The position numbers and the translations under genes were made by a program. A DNA stretch of 40,450 nt, taken from positions 9,634 to 50,083 of the forward strand of contig CAZIOR010000003.1 in NCBI GenBank assembly GCA_964540925.1. Reading direction: 5' to 3'. This DNA comes from an uncultured Gammaproteobacteria bacterium. Lineage in GTDB: Bacteria > Patescibacteriota > Microgenomatia > Levybacterales > UBA12049. The notes beneath the pieces are model-generated. The model made no database searches. It saw only the letters and a list, made by a program, of their open reading frames with translations, and was not told the origin of the DNA. Below are positions 9,486 to 18,303 of the stretch, in pieces. Within the stretch, counting starts at the first letter, position 1. Each line of letters starts with the position of its first letter.

Positions 9486-9518
9486 AAAAAACCCCGACCC
9501 ATTTGGAAGGGGTTTTTT
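9486..9518 (+). terminator. Rho-independent (potentially bidirectional) terminator after the 9001-9439 operon
   Basis: AAAAAACCCC (9486-9495), a 13-nt loop, then GGGGTTTTTT (9509-9518). It has an A-tract upstream and a T-tract downstream. Confidence 0.7.
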
Positions 9519-9623
9519 AGTAGAATTTTATTAATTATTGTCAACCCCCATTTTCACCCATTTTTGAAGCCAAAATAGATATATAAATATATATAAATTA
9601 TAAGGGTGTATACTCCGACCAAC

Positions 9624-10151
9624 ATGTTAAAAATACACAAACAAGAGACATATGAGGGCTGCCTTCCTATTTGTCTTTTAATACTTGAAAATAAAATAAT
9701 TAATAAGCAAATTGAAAGAGAAATTATTTGCAAATCATTAAACAAAAGACGTGATAATTTTTACGCACTTAATGTATTGTCAGCATTTTCTGAAATGTTT
9801 TCAAGAAATCTAACTCTTTTTGTAGGAATAAATGATTACGCCAAGTACTTAAACCAACATAAAGACAATTCGCGAATTCAAATTATTTATCAAGAAATAA
9901 ATCTTAATTTCTTATTAAAAATTAAAACCCCTTACATAGTTCAAATTGATGATTTTGCCCTTGGCGATATTGTTCATGCTACCCATTATTTAATTGTTGA
10001 AAAAATTGATAAAAATGAAGCAGTAATAATTGACCCTTGGTATGGATCTCGAACTAAAATAAAAAACACAGTGTTAATAAAGGCAATTGAAATACTAGAA
10101 AATCATTTATTATTTTCACCATTATTAATTTCTTTTAATAAACATGAATAA
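9624..10151 (+). CDS. Standalone papain-like cysteine peptidase, C39-like (no signal peptide)
   Basis: ORF track 9606..10151, trimmed to ATG 9624. Candidate catalytic Cys in QETYEGCLPICLL and His/Asp in VHATHYLIVEKIDKNEAVIIDPWYG. This matches the C39 pattern (GC ... H[YF]hVh ... hDP). Confidence 0.55.
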   Translation: MLKIHKQETYEGCLPICLLILENKIINKQIEREIICKSLNKRRDNFYALNVLSAFSEMFSRNLTLFVGINDYAKYLNQHKDNSRIQIIYQEINLNFLLKIKTPYIVQIDDFALGDIVHATHYLIVEKIDKNEAVIIDPWYGSRTKIKNTVLIKAIEILENHLLFSPLLISFNKHE

Positions 10152-10572
10152 ATTATTTGGAATCACAATCATCTTAACAGAAACATTTCTTTACGCACTT
10201 TTAAGTCCACTTCTAAAAAGGGCGAATTTAAATTTCCAACCCTTTACAGTTATGACTTTTTCTATGTTGTCTTTATTTATTTTTTCTTTAATTATGAGTA
10301 TCTGCTTTGAAAACTTACTCGCATTAAATATGCAAAAAGATTCTAAAACAATCTTATTTTTGTTTATCATTGGACTCATTAATGGAGTGGCCTTTTGGTT
10401 AGGAATTAAAGCCTATAAATTTATGCCATTATCTCAACTATCTCTTTTTGGATTACTCTCTCCAATTTTTATTACCCTACTAGCTTATTTTATTCTAGGA
10501 GAAAAAATAACTTATAAAATATTTATTAGCCTTGGAATTATGGCCATCGGATTAATCTATTCCTTAATTTAA
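10144..10572 (+). CDS. Half-size DMT/EamA-like membrane protein (about 4-5 TM, 142 aa)
   Basis: Hydrophobic throughout. The C-terminal ...LSPIFITLLAYFILGEKITYKIFISLGIMAIGLIY resembles the end of an EamA repeat. Its start overlaps the upstream stop (ATGAATAA). Confidence 0.6.
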   Translation: MNKLFGITIILTETFLYALLSPLLKRANLNFQPFTVMTFSMLSLFIFSLIMSICFENLLALNMQKDSKTILFLFIIGLINGVAFWLGIKAYKFMPLSQLSLFGLLSPIFITLLAYFILGEKITYKIFISLGIMAIGLIYSLI

Positions 10573-10701
10573 CTATTCACAACAGGGGTCTTTGTAGCCA
10601 CATTCAGGACAATATGCATCTCTACTTCCTGGCATATCTCCCATCGGAGTTTGACAAACGGGGCATGGTTGAGTGCGTAAATCTGGCCTATTAGATTCCA
10701 T
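10573..10701 (-). CDS. Candidate Cys-rich zinc-ribbon microprotein, 42 aa
   Basis: Below the ORF-track cutoff. The minus strand reads MESNRPDLRTQPCPVCQTPMGDMPGSRDAYCPECGYKDPCCE*, with two CPxC knuckles 16 residues apart. Its ATG (10701-10699) overlaps the last 11 nt of the HAD gene. Local GC is clearly higher than the flanks. Confidence 0.5.
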   Translation of the reverse strand: MESNRPDLRTQPCPVCQTPMGDMPGSRDAYCPECGYKDPCCE

Positions 10702-11389
10702 TAATCTCTTTAATGATATCAATTACACTTCTTAAATTGTCAATTTTTCTCCAAGCAGCTTTTTGCAATTCATCATCTTTGTGCCACCAAGAATCATTTA
10801 AATGATTTGGATTTGTAGTTCTGTATAAAAGTCCTCTTTTCGTGTGTCTAAAAGCATCTAAATCATTATTAGCATCGCCTATAAATAAAGACTCTTCTGG
10901 ATTTAAGCCTAATTTTTGACAAAAATCATTAATTGCGATTACTTTAGCCTTTGGGTCAACGTCTGTATATGTAGTTTTTGTAAAGCTTCCGTCTTCAGCG
11001 AAATGAAAAACTGCATTTGCGTGGTAATACTCGGTTCCAAAATGTTTAGCTATTTGACTAATATAAAATTCTATTCCACTAGAGATAAAAGCAAAATGAA
11101 TATTTTGAGATTTAATAAAATTAATTAAATCAATTGCTTCTTCATTTAATTCGAAGTTTTTAATATCCAATATTTCTTCATATTTTTCTCTAGTTAACCC
11201 TTGATCCTTATAATGATCTACAACTTTTTGATTCCATTCATCATAGGTAATTTCTCCTCGTGAATAAGCGTCATACCATTCTCTATCTAATTCTGGAGAA
11301 ACATTCATTGCCCTATGAAGCCTTAGCCAAGGATTACCAAATATGACCACGCCATCACAATCAAAAAATACAATTTTAACTTTATTCAT
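10691..11389 (-). CDS. HAD-superfamily hydrolase (subfamily IB-like phosphatase)
   Basis: Motif I VFFDCDGVV and motif IV FIGDANNDLDAF, with a cap domain between them. TATAAT (11404-11399) lies 9 nt upstream of the ATG. Confidence 0.75.
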   Translation of the reverse strand: MNKVKIVFFDCDGVVIFGNPWLRLHRAMNVSPELDREWYDAYSRGEITYDEWNQKVVDHYKDQGLTREKYEEILDIKNFELNEEAIDLINFIKSQNIHFAFISSGIEFYISQIAKHFGTEYYHANAVFHFAEDGSFTKTTYTDVDPKAKVIAINDFCQKLGLNPEESLFIGDANNDLDAFRHTKRGLLYRTTNPNHLNDSWWHKDDELQKAAWRKIDNLRSVIDIIKEINGI

Positions 11390-11406
11390 CAGAAAGTTAT
11401 TATACT

Positions 11407-12984
11407 CTATTCGCCTTTATAGTGGACTAATTTATAAATTTCAACAACCGATACCTTCCATTTTTGATCAATCTCTGCTCTACCAAAGCCTGCAACTTCC
11501 CAGAGAGAATTTCCTAAGGGCTCACATGGCAAGCTTTCGCAAACTACAAATAATTGATCTGTCACACTTTCTCTTTTTGGATCAGTTGCTGGATCTTTAA
11601 TTGTTGTAGGTGGATGACCCCAAATTGTAAAGAAATAGCGATAAGCATGATCACTGTTTCCCCCCGTAATCAAAGCGAAATTAAAAGGTTTTGCATCTGT
11701 ATGTATCATTACAAATTCTGCAATACTTCTCATTTGATTTAATTGCTGATTTGCTGGATAGGCAAAAGGATTACTCCACAGGTTTTGAATTAAAACTACA
11801 ACAAATAAAACTACTACTAAAACCTTAGAAAGCATTCCAATAAACTTTTTGTTATTAAAAATAAATTCAAAAAGTAAACTGACTAAGATAAATGGAGCTG
11901 GGAATAAGAAGGCAAAGTAATAATCATAAATTGCTTTTTTATAAAATCCAAATAAAACAATTCCAATTATTAACCAGAAAAAAAGTAAAGAATATTTATA
12001 AAAATCATCATCTCTATTTTTGAAGGATTTATAAAGTCTATAAAAAAGTAAACCTATCGCACTTACTGCCAGAATTAAAACAAATATATACCAAACACTT
12101 AGCACATCTTTTGAAAAATGTACCTTTTGATCCATATCAGGATAGGCAAACACTAGTCTTCCAAAAACTCTAAAAAATACATCGTAAACTGTACTTACTA
12201 AGTTTACTGATGGACCTGTATCTCCAGAGCTGAATAAAAAGGTAGTTATATTTTTAAAATCAGGAAAACCGTGTCGAACTTCGAATGCTAAAAAAGGAGA
12301 CCAACCAATTAAAAAACCAGCAAAAATTGTTAAATAATTTTTAAACAAATTTAATGCATTTTTTTTAAAATTTGATTTATAAAACCCGATAAATAATAAA
12401 TATAAAAATATTATTCCTCCTAAAAATAATGCAAGATAATGAAGCTGCATGGCAATTCCTAAAAGAAAGCCAGATAATACAAAAAGTTTTAATGAGTTCT
12501 TACGAAGAGCAAAATAAATTGTAAATAATGTAAGCAATGAAACAAATGGCAAAGGATTTGGATTCCAACTTGATCTAGAATAAGTTACAACTAAAGGCGA
12601 AATTGCATACAAAAAAGAAGCAAGTAAAGCAACTTTTTTATTAAAAAAATTAGCTACAAAGATGTACAAAAGTAAAACTGTTAAGATGCCAATCAATGCA
12701 ACTCCAACAGCAGGACCGACTGGATTATAATTAAATAACCACAAAAATGGAGCCATGTAGTAATAATAAATAGGACCCAAAAAGAATCCTCCGACAGAAG
12801 AAGTTGGACCTAATAGAGTAAGGTGTCCATGCAGGATATTATAAGCAACTAATACATCTCTTCCCTCGTCTCCTAAAAAGCGTTGATATTTTTCAATTTT
12901 ATATAATCGAAAAAAAGCAGAAATTATTAAAATAACTAAAAGAGCAATATTCTCTTTTGTAAAAAAAGATTTTAACTTGTTCAT
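11407..12984 (-). CDS. GT-C fold membrane glycosyltransferase, ArnT/PMT (GT39/GT83)-like
   Basis: ORF track 11407..13005 starts at TTG. I prefer ATG 12984, which forms an ATGA overlap with the upstream stop. About 12 TM, with the acidic first-loop motif RFLGDEGRD typical of polyprenyl-phosphate-sugar-dependent GT-C enzymes, and a C-terminal soluble domain. Confidence 0.7.
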   Translation of the reverse strand: MNKLKSFFTKENIALLVILIISAFFRLYKIEKYQRFLGDEGRDVLVAYNILHGHLTLLGPTSSVGGFFLGPIYYYYMAPFLWLFNYNPVGPAVGVALIGILTVLLLYIFVANFFNKKVALLASFLYAISPLVVTYSRSSWNPNPLPFVSLLTLFTIYFALRKNSLKLFVLSGFLLGIAMQLHYLALFLGGIIFLYLLFIGFYKSNFKKNALNLFKNYLTIFAGFLIGWSPFLAFEVRHGFPDFKNITTFLFSSGDTGPSVNLVSTVYDVFFRVFGRLVFAYPDMDQKVHFSKDVLSVWYIFVLILAVSAIGLLFYRLYKSFKNRDDDFYKYSLLFFWLIIGIVLFGFYKKAIYDYYFAFLFPAPFILVSLLFEFIFNNKKFIGMLSKVLVVVLFVVVLIQNLWSNPFAYPANQQLNQMRSIAEFVMIHTDAKPFNFALITGGNSDHAYRYFFTIWGHPPTTIKDPATDPKRESVTDQLFVVCESLPCEPLGNSLWEVAGFGRAEIDQKWKVSVVEIYKLVHYKGE

Positions 12985-14114
12985 TGTTGAGGTTTTTTTC
13001 GCCAAATAATAAGTCTATAGACTGAAAAATTGTAAATTAGTAAAATTCCAGTTCCGAAAATAAAGTAGAAAAAGTAATATTGTCTACCAAAAATAATATC
13101 ACCTAAATAAATAATTCCTGATTGAATAATGATTACACCAAAAGCAGAAGTGGCGTAAAAATTAAGCATTTTCCAAATATACTGAATTATTGTTTTTACT
13201 CTTTCATTCTTAAATGTCCAAAGATTATTTAAATTGTAATTTGAAAATACTGCTACCACTGCGCCAATTAAACTTGCGACTGCTGGAATGAAATGAAAAT
13301 TTTCAACTAAAACTCTTAAAATAATTGCTTGCAAGAAAAATCCAATTCCTCCAACAACTAAAAACTTTCCAAAAGAGCCATGGATCAATTCATTCGCTCT
13401 TACCTTGATAACAAAAGCTAAAGTTTTAATTATAGTTTCTATTCCGGGAATCTTTGATTTTCCTAGCGTTCTATCTTTTGCATTAAATGGAACTTCTGCG
13501 ACTTTAAAACCATCTTTCACTGCATTCCACAAAAATCCAACCTGAAAAGTATATCCTGTAAAAGATCCCAATTTATCTTTTTCTTTAAGAAAAACTTCTT
13601 TTTTAATTGCCCTGTAACCACCAGTCCAATCATCGATTCCCTTTCTTCCAAATAAAAGCCTAATAAAAACATTTCCCCATACTGACATAATTTTTCTATG
13701 AACACCCCAATCTTTTGGTATTGAACCGCCTTTACTGTAACGAGTACCCACCACAAAATCATTTCCTTCGTCAATTTTTTGCAAAAACTCTGGTATCTTT
13801 TTGGGGTCATGAAAGAAATCTGCATCCATTTCAAACATTACATCTGCATTCATTCTTTCAATTGCATAAGTCATTGCTCTTGTATAAGCTGCGCCCAACC
13901 CTGCTTTTTTACCAACTAAAAGCTCTAGGTTTTTATATTTTTTTTGAAGCTCAGCAACAACTTCACCTGTTCCATCAGGAGAGCTATCATCTGCAACCAA
14001 TATGCTCATTTGGTATGTTTTTATTTGAGGAAAAATTTCTTCTTCTAGATTTTCAATTAGGAGTTCTATGTTTCCTTTTTCATTATAAGTAGGAATTATT
14101 ATTACTGCATGCAT
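12981..14114 (-). CDS. Polyprenol-phosphate sugar synthase-like GT2 (Ppm1/DPM1/ArnC-like) fused to a GtrA-like membrane domain
   Basis: N-terminus VIIIPTYNEKGNI ... ILVADDSSPDGTGEVV ... EMDADFFHDP (GT2 DxD). The C-terminal 4-TM region FGKFLVVGGIGFFLQAIILRVLVE... is GtrA-like. Confidence 0.8.
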   Translation of the reverse strand: MHAVIIIPTYNEKGNIELLIENLEEEIFPQIKTYQMSILVADDSSPDGTGEVVAELQKKYKNLELLVGKKAGLGAAYTRAMTYAIERMNADVMFEMDADFFHDPKKIPEFLQKIDEGNDFVVGTRYSKGGSIPKDWGVHRKIMSVWGNVFIRLLFGRKGIDDWTGGYRAIKKEVFLKEKDKLGSFTGYTFQVGFLWNAVKDGFKVAEVPFNAKDRTLGKSKIPGIETIIKTLAFVIKVRANELIHGSFGKFLVVGGIGFFLQAIILRVLVENFHFIPAVASLIGAVVAVFSNYNLNNLWTFKNERVKTIIQYIWKMLNFYATSAFGVIIIQSGIIYLGDIIFGRQYYFFYFIFGTGILLIYNFSVYRLIIWRKKPQQ

Positions 14115-14126
14115 GATTATATTAAA

Positions 14127-15083
14127 TCACAAAGACCTGAAATATTCTATTGTCTTAGAAAGTCCAGTCTCTACGTCAATCTTTGGAGTCCAACCAAAAA
14201 GTCTTTGGGCTTTGGAGATATCTGGCCTTCTTTTTTTAGGATCGTCTTCTGGAAGAGATTCAAAAACTATTTTTGATTCTGAATTAGTTAGTTTTAAAAC
14301 TAATTTTGCTAAATCTAAGATGGTTCTCTCATCAGGATTTCCTAGATTTATAACTTCACCATTTGTCATATCAGAAAACATAGCTTGAGTTAAACCATTA
14401 ATTAAATCTGATACAAAACAAAAACTTCTAGTTTGATCTCCTTTACCAAAAACAACAATGTCTTCATTTTTTATTGCTTTATTAATAAAGTCAGACACAA
14501 CTCTTCCATCATCAGGTTGCATATGTGGGCCATAGGTATTAAAAATTCTTATTATTTTTACATCTAAACCAAATTTTCGATAATAAGTCATTACAATTGC
14601 TTCTCCAAATCTTTTTGACTCATCATAAGGAGACCTAATACCATTTGGGTTTACATTACCGAAATAATCTTCTGTTTGAGGAGAGACTGCTGGATCCCCA
14701 TAAACTTCTGAAGTTGAAGCATATAGAAACCTTGCATTATTAACTTTTGCTAACTCAAGTAAATTATGTGTACCTTGTGAATTAACAAGCAATGTCTCTA
14801 AGGGAAAATTAATATAACTTCTTTTACTTTTCTTATTTGGTGATGCAGGAGAAGCTAAATGAAAAATAAAATCTATTTTGCCAAATTCATTTGGCTCCAT
14901 TTGTTCGATAATATTTTTTTCTACTAAACTAAAATTGGGATTTGCTTTTAATTCTTCAACATTCTTTGCATCTCCAGTAATATAATTATCTACAGCTATA
15001 ACTTTGTAACCTTTTTCAAGAAGATCTTTACAGAGGTGTGACCCGATAAATCCTGCTCCGCCAGCAACCAAAGCAGTTTGCAT
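14127..15083 (-). CDS. uxs: UDP-glucuronate decarboxylase (UDP-xylose synthase)-like SDR
   Basis: GGAGFIGSHL, HLASPASP, ASTSEVYGDP, YDESKR and RIFNTYGPHMQPDDGRVVSDFI are nearly collinear with my recollection of eukaryotic UXS1. Confidence 0.8.
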   Translation of the reverse strand: MQTALVAGGAGFIGSHLCKDLLEKGYKVIAVDNYITGDAKNVEELKANPNFSLVEKNIIEQMEPNEFGKIDFIFHLASPASPNKKSKRSYINFPLETLLVNSQGTHNLLELAKVNNARFLYASTSEVYGDPAVSPQTEDYFGNVNPNGIRSPYDESKRFGEAIVMTYYRKFGLDVKIIRIFNTYGPHMQPDDGRVVSDFINKAIKNEDIVVFGKGDQTRSFCFVSDLINGLTQAMFSDMTNGEVINLGNPDERTILDLAKLVLKLTNSESKIVFESLPEDDPKKRRPDISKAQRLFGWTPKIDVETGLSKTIEYFRSL

Positions 15084-15085
15084 AT

Positions 15086-16048
15086 CTATTTTTCCCTTTC
15101 TAATTCTGCATCAACCATCATCTTTACTAAATCTGGGAATGATACTTCTGGCTCCCAACCCAACTTTTCTTTTGCTTTTGTATAATCTCCAATTAAATAA
15201 TCTACCTCTGCTGGCCTCGTATGATCTGGATGATCTTGAACAACATATTTCTCCCAATCTTCAATTCCTACATTTCTGAAAGCAAGCTCAACAAATTCTC
15301 TAACGCTATGCGTCTCACCTGTTGCAATTACATAATCATCTGGCTCTGGTTGCTGAAGCATCATCCACATTGCCTTTACATAGTCTCCAGAAAAACCCCA
15401 ATCTCTCTTGGATTCTAGATTTCCCAATACGATTTTACTTTGTTTACCAAGCTTAATTCTGGCTACTCCATTTGCGATTTTTCTTGTTACGAATTCAATT
15501 CCTCTTCTTGGAGATTCATGATTAAAGAGAATTCCGGAGCAAGCAAAAATTCCATAACTCTCTCTGTAGTTTTGAGTTATGTAGTGACCATATACCTTAG
15601 CAACACCATATGGGCTTCTTGGATGAAATCTTGTTGTTTCTCTTTGTGGAGTTTCAGTTACTTTTCCAAACATTTCTGAGCTTGATGCTTGATAAAATTT
15701 AATTTTTGGATCTGTGGTTCTAATTGCTTCTAAAACCCTAGTTACACCTAGTCCTGTAAATTCTCCAGTTAAAACCGGTTGATCCCAGGAAGCCTTTACG
15801 AACGACTGCGCAGCAAGATTATATACCTCATCTGGTTTAGCTTTAAGAATAGCGTCGGTTAAAGAACCTTGATCCAATAAATCAGCAGATACTAAATGAA
15901 TATTATCGACTATGTCTTTGATGTTTTCCATGTTTGGAGTTGAAAGTCTTCTAACTGTACCCCAAACCTCATAGCCTTTAGAAAGTAGAAATTCTGCTAA
16001 GTATGGTCCGTCTTGTCCTGTAATACCAGTAATTAATGCACTTTTCAT
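15086..16048 (-). CDS. gmd: GDP-mannose 4,6-dehydratase
   Basis: [48 protein letters not shown] and [11 protein letters not shown] are characteristic Gmd motifs. Confidence 0.92.
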   Translation of the reverse strand: MKSALITGITGQDGPYLAEFLLSKGYEVWGTVRRLSTPNMENIKDIVDNIHLVSADLLDQGSLTDAILKAKPDEVYNLAAQSFVKASWDQPVLTGEFTGLGVTRVLEAIRTTDPKIKFYQASSSEMFGKVTETPQRETTRFHPRSPYGVAKVYGHYITQNYRESYGIFACSGILFNHESPRRGIEFVTRKIANGVARIKLGKQSKIVLGNLESKRDWGFSGDYVKAMWMMLQQPEPDDYVIATGETHSVREFVELAFRNVGIEDWEKYVVQDHPDHTRPAEVDYLIGDYTKAKEKLGWEPEVSFPDLVKMMVDAELEREK

Positions 16049-17007
16049 TATTTAATAAATCCTCTCCAATATTCTAGAATATCTTGGAGTGTTTTCTCAA
16101 GTGGTATTTCTGGCTTCCATCCAGTTAGTCCACTAATTTTTGTATTATCGCAAACTAAATTGGGATTGTCAGTAGGTCTTAATAAGCTTGGATCCACTTC
16201 AACTTTTATTTCATTTTTTGAAAAAGACAATAACATATTTAAAACATCTGACATCTTGTATGACCTGCCTGAACCAATATTGTATACATCTCCAGATTGG
16301 CCTTTCTCCATGAGTAAAATATATGCTCGTACTACATCTTTTACGTCTGTGAAGTCTCTTTTTGAATCTAGATTACCTACTGTTAAAACAGGTTGTCTCA
16401 TCCCTTTTTCTATTTCAGCAATTTTCTTTGCAAAAGCAGAAGTTGCAAATTGATCACTTTGACCAGGACCAATATGGTTAAATGGCCTTACTCTAATCAC
16501 ATTTAATTTATAAGAATTAAAATATTGGAGAGCAAGAAAATCTTGCGCAATCTTTGAAACAGCATATGGATTAGCAGGATTTAATTTCGTATCTTCATCA
16601 ATTGGTAAATCGTCTTCAGAAACAATTCCATAAACTTCTGCTGAAGAAATTATCATGATTTTTGTTCCAAGATTCAATTTTCTTACAGCTTCAAAAATAT
16701 TTAATTCTCCAACAATGTTATTTACCATAACATCTTCAGGGTTATCGAAACTAACTTTTGCAGAAGTTAAAGCAGCTAAGTGGTATATCTCATCGGGCTT
16801 AACTTGCTCAATTATTTCAAATACATCTTTTGCATCCATTAAATCCACTTTTGCGAGTTTAATTTTAGAAGTAAGCTCAGTAAGTGAAGCTAAGCTCTTA
16901 TCTGAAAGATAAGTTCCATAAATTTCTACATCAGAAATATTTATTAACTCTTTAACTAAGTAGCTGCCTACAAAACCTGAGGCACCAGTTATTAAGATTT
17001 TTTTCAT
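16048..17007 (-). CDS. rmd: GDP-4-dehydro-6-deoxy-D-mannose reductase-like (GDP-D-rhamnose synthesis)
   Basis: [38 protein letters not shown] and [20 protein letters not shown] closely match my recollection of Pseudomonas Rmd ([34 protein letters not shown]). TAATG overlap with gmd. Confidence 0.7.
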   Translation of the reverse strand: MKKILITGASGFVGSYLVKELINISDVEIYGTYLSDKSLASLTELTSKIKLAKVDLMDAKDVFEIIEQVKPDEIYHLAALTSAKVSFDNPEDVMVNNIVGELNIFEAVRKLNLGTKIMIISSAEVYGIVSEDDLPIDEDTKLNPANPYAVSKIAQDFLALQYFNSYKLNVIRVRPFNHIGPGQSDQFATSAFAKKIAEIEKGMRQPVLTVGNLDSKRDFTDVKDVVRAYILLMEKGQSGDVYNIGSGRSYKMSDVLNMLLSFSKNEIKVEVDPSLLRPTDNPNLVCDNTKISGLTGWKPEIPLEKTLQDILEYWRGFIK

Positions 17008-17010
17008 AAA

Positions 17011-18303
17011 TTATCTGCCAACACCTAGATAATTAAAGCCTAGTCTTTTTACCTCAAGTGGATTATAGATGTTTCTTCCATCTAAAAGGTTTGGATTTTT
17101 CATTGAATTTTTTATTTTTTCTAAATTAAGTTGTTTAAATTCATTCCATTCTGTAACAACAATCAATATATCTGCATCTTTTGCAGCCTCATATGAATCC
17201 TCAACGAATTCAATTCCCTCGATAAGCCTCTTTGCATTTGAAACAGCGATTGGATCATAAGCTTTTATTTTTGCTCCAGTCTTTTTAAGTTCGTTAATGA
17301 TAACAATCGAAGGTGCATCGCGCATGTCATCGGTATTAGGTTTAAAAGAAAGACCTAAAACACCAATAGTAGAGTTTTTTATCTCTTCTCCGAGAATTTT
17401 TTTAGCCTTTTTAACAATATCTAACATTGCTTCCTCGTTAATCTCTTCGACTGCTTTAAGCAATTTGAAATCATATCCATAATCTCCTGCAATGGAAATC
17501 AAGGCCTTAACATCCTTAGGGAAACAACTGCCACCATATCCTGCTCCTGGGGATAAGAATTGATTTCCAATTCTCTTGTCATAACCTATTCCCTCTAATA
17601 CCTTAATACCGTCTGCTCCGCTTAACTCAGAAAGCCTCGCAATTGCTCCTGCAAACGAAATCTTAGTAGCTAAGAATGCATTTGCAGCATATTTAATCAT
17701 TTCAGCTGTTTCAATATTTGTTAATACATAATTACCATCAATTGGCTCATGTAATTCAACCAGAATATCTTTTGCTTTATCAGAAACTGTTCCAATAACA
17801 ATTCTATCTGGATGAAGTGTATCTGAAATTGCTTGACCTTCTCTTAAAAACTCAGGTACTGATCCTAATTCAAACTCTGCTTTTTCTGGCTTATTTTTTT
17901 CAATAATCTCTCTAACCTTTTTATTTGTACCAACAGGAACTGTACTTTTAGTAACCACAACTGTATATCCATCCAAATGCTTTGAGATTTTTTCAGCTAC
18001 ATCAAAAACAACAGTTAAATCTGCTTCGCCAGTTGGCTTTGGAGGAGTACCAACTGCAATAAAAACAACTTTTGATGCTGGAATTGCTTGATCATAATCT
18101 AGAGTAAATAAAAGTCTTCCGGCTTTAACGTTTCTTTGTACTATTTCTGCAAGACCTGGTTCGTAAATAGGGATTATACCTTTCTTGAGGTTTTCAATTT
18201 TTTCTGGAGTATGACCAATTACCCAAACAGTATTTCCTAAATCTGCAAATACTGCAGCTGTAACAAGTCCTACATATCCGTGTCCTAAAAAAGTAATTGT
18301 CAT
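17011..18303 (-). CDS. ugd: UDP-glucose 6-dehydrogenase
   Basis: ITFLGHGYVGLVTAAVFA, catalytic GYGGSCFPKD and LGLSFKPNTDDMRDAP. 430 aa. Confidence 0.92.
   Translation of the reverse strand: MTITFLGHGYVGLVTAAVFADLGNTVWVIGHTPEKIENLKKGIIPIYEPGLAEIVQRNVKAGRLLFTLDYDQAIPASKVVFIAVGTPPKPTGEADLTVVFDVAEKISKHLDGYTVVVTKSTVPVGTNKKVREIIEKNKPEKAEFELGSVPEFLREGQAISDTLHPDRIVIGTVSDKAKDILVELHEPIDGNYVLTNIETAEMIKYAANAFLATKISFAGAIARLSELSGADGIKVLEGIGYDKRIGNQFLSPGAGYGGSCFPKDVKALISIAGDYGYDFKLLKAVEEINEEAMLDIVKKAKKILGEEIKNSTIGVLGLSFKPNTDDMRDAPSIVIINELKKTGAKIKAYDPIAVSNAKRLIEGIEFVEDSYEAAKDADILIVVTEWNEFKQLNLEKIKNSMKNPNLLDGRNIYNPLEVKRLGFNYLGVGR

Noticed and set aside
9579-9598. Tandem duplication ATATATAAAT x2 upstream of the C39-like gene.
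   Set aside because: Only two copies of an AT-only decamer in an AT-rich promoter region. It is most simply low-complexity or UP-element-like sequence and cannot be distinguished from chance.
9302-9745. Minus-strand ORFs 9302..9544 (80 aa) and 9554..9745 (63 aa).
   Set aside because: The first overlaps the well-supported zinc-ribbon gene (with its SD) and runs through the terminator hairpins. The second spans the AT-rich promoter region and the 5' end of the C39-like gene. Neither has a recognisable start context.
10573-10690. The GC-rich 118-nt convergent gap considered as a bidirectional terminator or structured ncRNA.
   Set aside because: I could not find a convincing inverted repeat or T-tract. 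The zinc-ribbon reading frame (CPxC...CPxC) explains the GC enrichment better. It is retained only as an alternative under the microprotein finding.
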